Source: Candidatus Iainarchaeum sp. (lineage in GTDB: Archaea; Iainarchaeota; Iainarchaeia; Iainarchaeales; DTGL01). Taken from it: 17,100 nt of DNA. Position numbers and translations under genes: made by a program. Position 1 is the first letter of the stretch, and every line of letters starts with the position of its first letter. The notes beneath the pieces were generated by a model. It did no database searches. It saw only the letters and a program-made list of their open reading frames with translations, and was not told where the DNA came from. The stretch spans positions 1 to 17,100 of the forward strand of contig JAVYME010000024.1 of assembly GCA_038736825.1 (NCBI GenBank), given 5' to 3'. Shown here piece by piece: positions 9,541 to 16,884 of this stretch.

Positions 9541-11405
9541 TGAAAATCAAAATTGCAAAGCCAAGCATTAAACTGCCGCCCTTGCGGTTTCCAGTGCCAG
9601 CGCCAAAGCAGAAAACCCAAAAACCAAAAAAGAAAAAAAACGATTCCGAGTTCTCCAAAGAAAAAAAAGAATTGCTGGAAAGCATGAAGCGAAGCTCTGG
9701 CAGGGCTGACACAAAACTTGTGGGAAAAGCCCTTTCCTTTATTGCAAGCCTTCCACGCATTCCACGAGAAAGAGGGGAACGAATTTTGGTTGAAAAGGCC
9801 TTTTTGTTCTCAGAGCAAAAGCATGGAATGCAGAAAAGGCTTTCAGGCGACCCATATTTTTCGCACTCCTTTCAAACAGCACTAATTCTTTCAGAATACG
9901 GTTTGGACAGCAACACCATAGCGGCAGCCCTATTGCACGATGTTTTAGAGGACACAGAGGCAAGCGATGAAGAAATAGGAAATGCCTTTGGCGGAGAAGT
10001 CCTCAAACTAGTGAAAGGCGTAACCAAACTAAAACAAAAAGAAAAAGCAAAAGGGGAAAGCGAGCAAGAGGAAAAAGCCTATTTGAAAAGCGTTCTGGCA
10101 GCCTCTGCAGAAGACCCAAGGGTTTTACTGATAAAGCTTGCTGACAAAATCCACAACCTGCGCACCATAGAATTCATGCCTGAAAAACGAAAAAAAGAAA
10201 TCTGCGAAACCGCACTGGAAGTCTATGCTCCGCTCGCTGAAAGGTTTGGCTTGAACAAAATGAAGGAAGAAATCCAAGACAGATGCCTTGCAGTTTTGCA
10301 CCCCCAAGAATTTGAATCGCTTTCAGCTGAAATAAGCAAGCGCCGCAACATAAAAGAAGAAGAAATCAATGAAGCAATCAAAGTGCTTTCCGGAATGCAA
10401 GTGCAAGGCAGGAAAAAATTTTTCCAAAAATACTCTTGGCGGAAAATGAGCAAAAACGTTTACTATTACTATGAAAAAACCACTAAAAACAAAAAAAGCC
10501 TGGACGAATTATACGATTTTGTCTCCCTGGTTGTTTTATGCAACACCATAGGAGAATGCTATGAAGCCCTCAAAACAATCCACACAGCCTTTTACCCGAT
10601 TCCAGGAAAACTAAAAGACTTGATTGCAACACCACACTACATGACATACCAGTCAATTTGCACTTCAGTGATTGGACCGAAAGGCTTTCCAGTGAAAATC
10701 TTCATTAGAACCAAAGAAATGGACGAACTTGCAGAAAAAGGAATCGCTGTCTGGCTAAAAGAAAAATTCAAGCCAAAAGATGAAGAAAAAGAACTCGAAT
10801 CACTGGCAGAAATGGCAAAAAAACCCTGCGAACCAAAAGAATTCTTTTCAACCCTAAAAACAGACTTTTTAGGGGAACAAATAAGCGTTTTCAGTGAAAA
10901 CGGTTCCAAATACAGCATTCCAAAAGGCTCAACAGCCCTCGATTTTGCCTTCAAACAAAACCCTGGAAAAGCCCTTTACGCTTTAAGCGCAGAAATAAAT
11001 GGAAAACAAAGACCATTATGGCATGAATTAAAAAGCGGGGACAGAGTGGTTTTCTCTTTTTCGCAAGCAAAAACTGTTTCAAGGGACTGGGCTGGTTTTG
11101 CAAAAACCTTTGGAGCAAGAGAATGCATTTTAAAAGAACTCAACCTTTACTCAAACAACACCCTATCAGGAAAAACCCCTTTGGCTGGCTATTCGTTTTC
11201 AGCAAAGCCAAGAAAAGGCTTATTGAAAGAAATCTTTTTGGTTTTAGGAGAAAACGCTTCAGTTTCAAGTTTTACCGTTAAAAAGGTTGCACCGCACAGG
11301 GTTGAAGGCTCGCTTTTCCTTGAACTCAAAAAAAACACTTCAATTGAAAAAATTGAAAAAAAGCTTGGCAAAATCAAGGGTTTAAGCGAAATAAACAGGA
11401 TTTAA
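9540..11405 (+). CDS. Long RelA/SpoT homologue (RSH): HD hydrolase domain, degenerate synthetase-like domain, TGS domain and ACT-like C-terminus
   Basis: HD motifs: HGMQKRLSGDPYFSHS, AALLHDVLEDT, LLIKLADKIHNLRT and EVYAPLAERFGL. Synthetase-like region: GRKKFFQKYSWRKM...DLIATPHYMTYQSICTSVIGPKGFPVKIFIRTKEMDELAEKGIA. TGS-like region: ISVFSENGSKYSIPKGSTALDFAF...INGKQRPLWHELKSGDRVVF. GGAGG lies 7 nt before the ATG at 9540, which overlaps the argS stop (TGATG). GTG at 9537 and ATG at 9684 are alternative starts. Confidence 0.85.
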   Translation: MKIKIAKPSIKLPPLRFPVPAPKQKTQKPKKKKNDSEFSKEKKELLESMKRSSGRADTKLVGKALSFIASLPRIPRERGERILVEKAFLFSEQKHGMQKRLSGDPYFSHSFQTALILSEYGLDSNTIAAALLHDVLEDTEASDEEIGNAFGGEVLKLVKGVTKLKQKEKAKGESEQEEKAYLKSVLAASAEDPRVLLIKLADKIHNLRTIEFMPEKRKKEICETALEVYAPLAERFGLNKMKEEIQDRCLAVLHPQEFESLSAEISKRRNIKEEEINEAIKVLSGMQVQGRKKFFQKYSWRKMSKNVYYYYEKTTKNKKSLDELYDFVSLVVLCNTIGECYEALKTIHTAFYPIPGKLKDLIATPHYMTYQSICTSVIGPKGFPVKIFIRTKEMDELAEKGIAVWLKEKFKPKDEEKELESLAEMAKKPCEPKEFFSTLKTDFLGEQISVFSENGSKYSIPKGSTALDFAFKQNPGKALYALSAEINGKQRPLWHELKSGDRVVFSFSQAKTVSRDWAGFAKTFGARECILKELNLYSNNTLSGKTPLAGYSFSAKPRKGLLKEIFLVLGENASVSSFTVKKVAPHRVEGSLFLELKKNTSIEKIEKKLGKIKGLSEINRI

Positions 11406-11430
11406 CGATTGCAAGCGAAAAAGCATTTTT
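11406..11430. terminator. Candidate bidirectional oligo-T termination region between the convergent RSH gene and leuS
   Basis: A 25-bp gap between convergent stop codons. The plus strand ends in GCATTTTTTT (a T7 run reaching into the leuS stop). The minus strand reads GCTTTTTCGC (T5). Archaeal RNA polymerase terminates at oligo-T tracts. No strong hairpin is visible. Confidence 0.3.
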
Positions 11431-14304
11431 TTATTCCAAGAAAATGGCTGGTTTCAAGGGAAGCGCTGAAGAGGCTTTCTGCTTGAAATCATTCCCTGCC
11501 TTTTCCTCTTCAAGGATTTCAATTTTACACTCAAGCGCTCTTTCCATGAAATCCTTTCCTCCTTCCAGAACCTCCAGTTCGCAAATTTTTTGCACTTCCT
11601 TTAACTCCATTGCCTTTCCAGCAAGCCTTTTAATGACGGTTTCAGCCTCTTTTCCCTTGGATTTCACTTCAGGGCACTTCATTGCCTCTTTCATTGCAAG
11701 CCCGAAATCAGGCCTGTCAATTTTTTTCACTGCTTCAAGGGCAATCCATTTCCATGGGGCTGCCGTGAAAAAAATTGCCTTTTTTATCCTGGTTTTGCCT
11801 GTTATTTTCATGATGTTTTTTGCGTCTTCAATGCAAGTGGAAAGCAAGGTTTCGCTTAAGTCAACTATTTGGCTTGTTTGCATTTTTTCCGGGAGTTTTG
11901 ATTTAAAGATTGATTCCTTGTGTTTTAGCGAGTTTCTCCAGATTTCTTCGGCGATGTGGGGCATGAAGGGGGCTATGCATTTCAGCCAAACCTCTGTTAT
12001 GTATAAGTTAAGGCTTTTGTTTTCTTTTTGTTTTCTTGTTTCAAACCAGAGCAAGTCTTTTGCGAACTTGAAAGTGATTTCCTGCACTGCAGAGCGCAGC
12101 ATGGCGCTTTCCATTGCTTCAAGGAAGGCATTCACCCTTTTCCTGAAAGCATTCAAAAACCATTTTTCCGCTTGGTCTAAAACAGCTTCATCTAGTTCGC
12201 CGCTTTCAGCGGACTCCAAAGCGCTCTCTTGCACCCATTCAACCAAATCATTCAGTTTTTCAACCCCCTTGTCTATTTCCCTTTGCTTCCAATCCATTTC
12301 CTCCCAAGGCTCAACAGAATTCATTAAAAACAAGCGCACATAATCAGTGCCAATTTTTTCACACATATCGTTTATCAAAATTACATTGCCCTTCGAGGAA
12401 GACATTTTTTTGCCCTCCAATACAAGCATTCCAAGATTAAGAGTGCCCTTTTGCCTTTTGTCAGGCGGAAAGATTGCAGTGTGCTGGAATATGGAAAAAG
12501 ACATGTGGTTTGGAATGAGCTCTGTAGCGCTAACATTGAACGCCAAGGGATACCAGTAATCAAACTCTTTCCCCATTTCCTCCAAGTCTTTTCTGTCCAA
12601 ACCACTTTCCCTTGCAATTTCCTCCACTTTGCCTTTTCCAAGGAACACAAAGTCAAAAACCTGCTCGGAAAGCCTTTCAGGCGGCAATTTTTTTATAATG
12701 TGTGAAATCGTAAAATACGCCATGTAAATAGTTGAATCAGCCAATGGCTCCAATATCTTGTCCTGCTGCCAGGGAAACCTTGTCCCCAAGCCCTTTGAGC
12801 GAGTGCAAGGCTTGTCATCAAGCCAACTGAAAACATTATCGTATTGAGTGCGAAAAACCTCTGGCACAATCTTCATTTTTTCAAGCGTTTTCCTGCTCTC
12901 CTCCTTCCATTCAGGATCAGAATATGTAACAAACCACTGGTCCTCCAAAACACGCACAACACATTCAGCTCCGCACCTGCAAACCACTCTGCCCTCCAAT
13001 TCATAAAATTTTTCAGCCTGCCCTTTTTCAATCAATTCCTTTTTCACCAACTCTTTTGCCTTGCTCACCGGCATTCCAGCATACTTTCCACAGTTTTGAT
13101 TCATTTCACCCTTGTGGAACCCTATCCTGTAAACAATTTTTTTCGCTTCCTCCAGTTTTGCCTCATCCTTTTGGCTTTGAATTCCCAAGTCTTTAACGAT
13201 TTTTGCCGCAGACTCCTCGCCAAACTCAGCGGTTTTAATTATGGGAATGGTTTTCAAGGCAAGCACTTCGCTTTCATTCAAGCCATACCTTTCAATCATT
13301 GCAGCATCCTTTTGCAAATCCAGTAAAGCCACCAAATCAATTGGAGCATCGCTTGGCACAGAAGTGACAATCCCAGTGCCAGTTTTCGGATCACAAAAAG
13401 AGCAAGGCAAAACAAGCACTTTCCTTTCAATGCCTGGCGCCAAAGCCTTCTTTCCAACCAAAACAGCACCACTTATTTTGCCCTTCTCGATTACCCCGCT
13501 CTTTTGCTCTTTCAGTTTTTCAACAAACTCCTTGCTGCCAATCCATTCCTCCCCATCAACTCCAGCAATAAAATATTCAATTTCAGGGTTAACCCACAAA
13601 TTGGTTTGCCCGAAAACAGTTTCAGGCCTCAAGGTTGCAGCAACAATAAATCTGCCATCATCCATTTTAAACTTTAAAATCGTGAACTCCTGTATGCCCA
13701 AGCCCTCGCCTTCAGCCAAATCATGGTCTCCAACAGGATTATTGTCTTTCGGGCAATACCTTACAGGATATTTTCCCTTCTTGATATAGCCTTTATTGTA
13801 AAGCTTTTTGTACTGCCATTCAATGAACTTCTTATAAGTTGGATCAATGGTTTTTAGCTCCCTTCTCCAGTCAATTCCCAATCCAAGCTTTTTAAAACCA
13901 GCCTTATAACCATATTTTGCCTTGTTCACCATGTAATCCACAAAACTCTCAGGGCTTTCTGTAAGATATTTCAAGTCTTCTTTTGGAATCCTAGAGCTTT
14001 CAGTGAAAACTTTCAACACTTTTTCATTGCCTTTCTGCAACGCCTCAACAGCAGCAATAACCGGAGTTCCAGAAACATGCCAGCCCATTGGCATCAAAAC
14101 ATTATAACCTTTGAGCATGTGATATTTTGCCATTATATCCGTGACAGTGTAAGTGCGCGCATGCCCGATATGCATTGCCCCGCTCGGATAAGGATAAGCA
14201 ACTTGAATATAAAAAGAGGGCTTTTTTGAATCCACTTTCGGCTCAAAAAGGCCTTCCTTTGCCCAGGCATCCTGCCATTTTTTCTCAATTTGTGCAAAAT
14301 CCAT
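11431..14304 (-). CDS. leuS: Leucyl-tRNA synthetase (archaeal/eukaryotic type)
   Basis: 957-aa ORF with HIGH (AYPYPSGAMHIGHARTY) and KMSKS (GKKMSSSKGN) motifs. The CP1 editing-domain signature TLRPETVFGQTNLWVNP is present. Length and C-terminal extension fit the archaeal form. Confidence 0.97.
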   Translation of the reverse strand: MDFAQIEKKWQDAWAKEGLFEPKVDSKKPSFYIQVAYPYPSGAMHIGHARTYTVTDIMAKYHMLKGYNVLMPMGWHVSGTPVIAAVEALQKGNEKVLKVFTESSRIPKEDLKYLTESPESFVDYMVNKAKYGYKAGFKKLGLGIDWRRELKTIDPTYKKFIEWQYKKLYNKGYIKKGKYPVRYCPKDNNPVGDHDLAEGEGLGIQEFTILKFKMDDGRFIVAATLRPETVFGQTNLWVNPEIEYFIAGVDGEEWIGSKEFVEKLKEQKSGVIEKGKISGAVLVGKKALAPGIERKVLVLPCSFCDPKTGTGIVTSVPSDAPIDLVALLDLQKDAAMIERYGLNESEVLALKTIPIIKTAEFGEESAAKIVKDLGIQSQKDEAKLEEAKKIVYRIGFHKGEMNQNCGKYAGMPVSKAKELVKKELIEKGQAEKFYELEGRVVCRCGAECVVRVLEDQWFVTYSDPEWKEESRKTLEKMKIVPEVFRTQYDNVFSWLDDKPCTRSKGLGTRFPWQQDKILEPLADSTIYMAYFTISHIIKKLPPERLSEQVFDFVFLGKGKVEEIARESGLDRKDLEEMGKEFDYWYPLAFNVSATELIPNHMSFSIFQHTAIFPPDKRQKGTLNLGMLVLEGKKMSSSKGNVILINDMCEKIGTDYVRLFLMNSVEPWEEMDWKQREIDKGVEKLNDLVEWVQESALESAESGELDEAVLDQAEKWFLNAFRKRVNAFLEAMESAMLRSAVQEITFKFAKDLLWFETRKQKENKSLNLYITEVWLKCIAPFMPHIAEEIWRNSLKHKESIFKSKLPEKMQTSQIVDLSETLLSTCIEDAKNIMKITGKTRIKKAIFFTAAPWKWIALEAVKKIDRPDFGLAMKEAMKCPEVKSKGKEAETVIKRLAGKAMELKEVQKICELEVLEGGKDFMERALECKIEILEEEKAGNDFKQKASSALPLKPAIFLE

Positions 14305-14357
14305 TCCACCACCAATAACCTATATTCTTTCCAAAAAAGGGGTTTTAAATATTGCCT
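14305..14357 (-). promoter_or_regulatory. Candidate leuS promoter and ribosome-binding site
   Basis: The minus strand reads ATATTTAAAA (complement of 14343-14352) about 43 nt upstream of the leuS ATG. GGTGGTGGA lies directly before the ATG. Read-through from the upstream HExxH gene cannot be excluded. Confidence 0.3.
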
Positions 14358-14978
14358 TCAGCCAATCGCCCTCAAAATGAATTCCCTGTATGGAAGCGCT
14401 CCATAAACTATTTCCCTTCCAGCAAAGTGCGCTATCACCTGCTTTTTTGGAAAACCCATTTTCACTGCAAGCTTTGCACTCAAAACATCTGCAAGCAATT
14501 CCTCTGCCTGTTCGAGTGAAATGCGGTGTGCTAAAGCAAATTCCCTTAGTTTTGGTTTTGGAAAGTGCGCGTATTCATGGCATAAAGTGAGAATGCCGTC
14601 CAAAGACATTTTTTCTCCCTTGAATATGTGTTCAACTGGAAGGTTTATGTAACTCTTTCTTTCAATTCTGCGCATTCCGCCAATTTGGATTATCCTGTAA
14701 AAGGAAACGTTTTCGCCTTGAGTGACAAAAAAAGGGTTTGCACGCATTACTTTTCTAGGGTAAAAATATATTGGCGTGTTCGCCAAATTCAATTCCATTA
14801 ATTCAAACAATTCGCTTTCAATGCCGCTTTTCGCCTCTTTTTTCAATTCTTTCAAGGAATTCGCAGCATGCCTCATAAAGGCATCCAATGCCTTTTTTCT
14901 GGCTCCACTCAACACAGGGCTTTCAGGGAATTGCATGAAAAAAAGAACAACCGAAATCCTTATTAAGCGGGATTTCAT
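14358..14978 (-). CDS. Hypothetical protein with a single HExxH motif (possible zinc metallopeptidase-like fold)
   Basis: The ORF-track frame 14358..15116 actually starts on TTG and overlaps the divergent gene. The first plausible ATGs are at 14978 (MKSRLIRISVVLFF...) and 14936 (MQFPESP...). The only recognisable motif is LTLCHEYAHFPKP. I recognise no family. The start is uncertain. Confidence 0.55.
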   Translation of the reverse strand: MKSRLIRISVVLFFMQFPESPVLSGARKKALDAFMRHAANSLKELKKEAKSGIESELFELMELNLANTPIYFYPRKVMRANPFFVTQGENVSFYRIIQIGGMRRIERKSYINLPVEHIFKGEKMSLDGILTLCHEYAHFPKPKLREFALAHRISLEQAEELLADVLSAKLAVKMGFPKKQVIAHFAGREIVYGALPYREFILRAIG

Positions 14979-15003
14979 AATATTATCGGCTTTGGTGGAT
15001 TGA

Positions 15004-15399
15004 ATGGAAATGCCGATTTGGGCGATAATAACGCTTTTCTTGGCAATTAGTGTTGCATCTCTCATATTGCTTTTTGGGACTGACATGCTTGCCAGTGCAA
15101 GGAATGCCTTGAACAACTGGTTTCCCCAAGAAAGTCCTCAAATTATAAGGCAACCCTCGATTTCAGACACCCAAGTGGCTGAACTCATAGAACAATGCTA
15201 TAAGAACAGTTATGGCAAGGCATTAAAGCAGGAAGTCTGCTTTTCCATCACTTTGGACAATGCAGTAAACCTGAAATCAGCTTCAATTTCTCCGCTTGTC
15301 AAAATAGACCAAAACCATTTCAAAATAAATGATGGCAACACAAGGTCTTTTTCAATTGTATGGGATTTTGCGAATTCAAAGGTTGAGGTGATACCATGA
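15004..15399 (+). CDS. Small membrane-anchored or secreted protein 1 of the tandem cluster (N-terminal hydrophobic helix, 2 Cys)
   Basis: 131 aa. The N-terminus MEMPIWAIITLFLAISVASLILLFG is hydrophobic. GGTGGA lies 4 nt upstream of the ATG and a stop codon immediately precedes the ATG. Its stop overlaps the next start (ATGA). Confidence 0.65.
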   Translation: MEMPIWAIITLFLAISVASLILLFGTDMLASARNALNNWFPQESPQIIRQPSISDTQVAELIEQCYKNSYGKALKQEVCFSITLDNAVNLKSASISPLVKIDQNHFKINDGNTRSFSIVWDFANSKVEVIP

Positions 15400-16007
15400 A
15401 ATCTAAAGGAATGGAAATGCCAATACAAATCTTCATAATACTGTTCGTGCTACTTGCAGTGGCAATGCTGGTACTGCAAATGGTGTCGCAACAGTTTGCT
15501 GAACGGCAAAAAAAATTAAAGGAAGAGGAAATGAAGCGGGCGTACAATGAAAAATTGGCTTCAATGAATGAGACTTGCAGCAATTTGTGCGCGCAAGCCA
15601 ATTCTGATGGAAGTCTTTCCTCAAAGGTTGCTTTTTGCGCTAAAAAGTTTGAGGATGGTTTGGACATTACAAAGAACTCTATGACTGGAGATTATACTGA
15701 AGAGTTTTCCAATATTTTTGGCGTGGGCATATGTGAAGACATGATTTATTGCCCGCACACGCATAGCTGCAAGATTGGCGGTGGCACTGCTTTGACAATG
15801 GACACTTGCAAGACAATAATGTGCCAATATTTTGCCAACCAAGGCTTTACCCAGGATGAGCGCACTGAAAAACTCAGACAATTCATACGCCCCGGAAACT
15901 GTTATTTTGAGAAAGCCAGCAATGTTCCAAACCACTGGTACACTCGCTTGTTTGACAAAGACGGCAGCAAGACAGTTGACTTGAACTCCGAAGTTGTTTG
16001 CCCTTAA
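15396..16007 (+). CDS. Small cysteine-rich protein 2 with a class III (prepilin-like) signal peptide candidate
   Basis: 203 aa. GAGGTG lies 5 nt upstream. The N-terminus is MKSKG|MEMPIQIFIILFVLLAVAMLVLQMV, followed by a charged helix (AERQKKLKEEEMKRAYNEKL) and a domain with 10 Cys. Confidence 0.7.
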   Translation: MKSKGMEMPIQIFIILFVLLAVAMLVLQMVSQQFAERQKKLKEEEMKRAYNEKLASMNETCSNLCAQANSDGSLSSKVAFCAKKFEDGLDITKNSMTGDYTEEFSNIFGVGICEDMIYCPHTHSCKIGGGTALTMDTCKTIMCQYFANQGFTQDERTEKLRQFIRPGNCYFEKASNVPNHWYTRLFDKDGSKTVDLNSEVVCP

Positions 16008-16024
16008 GTGAACGGAGTGTTTTC

Positions 16025-16432
16025 ATGGAAAACATTGTCTGGGCGATTTTTGGAGTTATGGCTTTCCTTTTAGCAATAGGCATACTGGTAAACTTGGTGG
16101 TAAGCGGTGTTGACGACCGCAAGCTTGCAGTGAGCAGGAATGCTGTGAGCGAGCTCGGGCAATGGTGTCGAACGGTTTGCGGTTCGGACATTGAAAGCAG
16201 GCTTTCAAAGGAAATCACAATGGCTTCCGGTTCAGAAGTCAAAGCAGAAAAATCCGGAGTTTGCATGTCTTTTGGTTCTTGGAGGGAATGCAGTGATTGC
16301 ATCTGTGATTTGAACACGTTCTATCTCAATCTCAACAAGCCGGAAATACTGCAAATGTATGAAAGCCACAAATTTGCCTGCACTTTTGAAAGACAAGGCG
16401 GGGGCGTGGTGGCAATTGACTGCAAGGGCTGA
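16025..16432 (+). CDS. Small cysteine-rich protein 3 (N-terminal helix paralogous to protein 1, 8 Cys)
   Basis: I chose the ATG at 16025 (MENIVWAIFGVMAFLLAIGILVNLVV) because GGAG lies 7 nt upstream and the N-terminus then matches protein 1. The ORF-track start at 15998 would overlap gene 2. 135 aa. Confidence 0.65.
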   Translation: MENIVWAIFGVMAFLLAIGILVNLVVSGVDDRKLAVSRNAVSELGQWCRTVCGSDIESRLSKEITMASGSEVKAEKSGVCMSFGSWRECSDCICDLNTFYLNLNKPEILQMYESHKFACTFERQGGGVVAIDCKG

Positions 16433-16469
16433 AGGCGTTTCCAAGCCTTTGCGCTCGGAGCCCCCTTTT

Positions 16470-16853
16470 TTGGGTTTGAAGGGAAGCACTTCAACCCAGA
16501 TAATTTTATGGGTTGGTGTCATAATCATTGCTGGAATAGGGCTTTACTGGTTTTTAAGCCATTTTTATAATGCTCAATATCTTTTCGAGCTAATAGACAA
16601 TGAAGTGCTTTTTTTTTCTGGGAAAATAAACCAGAACTGTGATGCCAACTATCATTATTTCAGCCGCAATCCGATAATAGAGGATGGCAACATTTTTTTT
16701 TCAAAGAATGAGGTTTGCATTAGATCAAAATCAATTGAAAAGTGCGCTTTGCTTTCCTGTGGACCGGACAAGAACGTTTCAATAGATTTGGCGCAAATAG
16801 TTTACATTGAGGGAATCAGGTACGGCGAACTCAGAATCAGGGGCGTTAAGTGA
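16470..16853 (+). CDS. Small protein 4 (hydrophobic helix after a K-G motif, 4 Cys), start codon uncertain
   Basis: The frame is open from the ATG at 16359, but that start overlaps gene 3 by 74 nt and has no SD. TTG at 16470 has GGAG 9 nt upstream and gives (M)GLKG|STSTQIILWVGVIIIAGIGLYWFL. There is no in-frame ATG between 16359 and the helix. Confidence 0.5.
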   Translation: MGLKGSTSTQIILWVGVIIIAGIGLYWFLSHFYNAQYLFELIDNEVLFFSGKINQNCDANYHYFSRNPIIEDGNIFFSKNEVCIRSKSIEKCALLSCGPDKNVSIDLAQIVYIEGIRYGELRIRGVK

Positions 16854-16884
16854 TGGAATCGCTTGCTTTAAGGTGGAATGCGGA

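Noticed and set aside
11444-12343. A 299-aa plus-strand ORF, with further ORFs at 12844-13326 and 13241-13789, opposite leuS.
   Set aside because: These are antisense shadow ORFs inside a clearly conserved leuS frame. The translations are Ser/Phe/Leu-rich low-complexity sequences with no motifs and no SD.
14979-15116. N-terminal 46-residue extension of the HExxH ORF.
   Set aside because: It would start on TTG (complement of 15114-15116) and overlap the divergent gene 1 by more than 100 nt. It has no SD.
15320-16317. Minus-strand ORFs of 115 aa (15320-15667), 104 aa (15621-15935) and 144 aa (15883-16317) opposite the small-protein cluster.
   Set aside because: They have no SD motifs and no hydrophobic or recognisable domains, and they overlap each other. 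The plus-strand ORFs have SD motifs, tight coupling and consistent N-terminal helices. The region is novel, so this is a judgement call.
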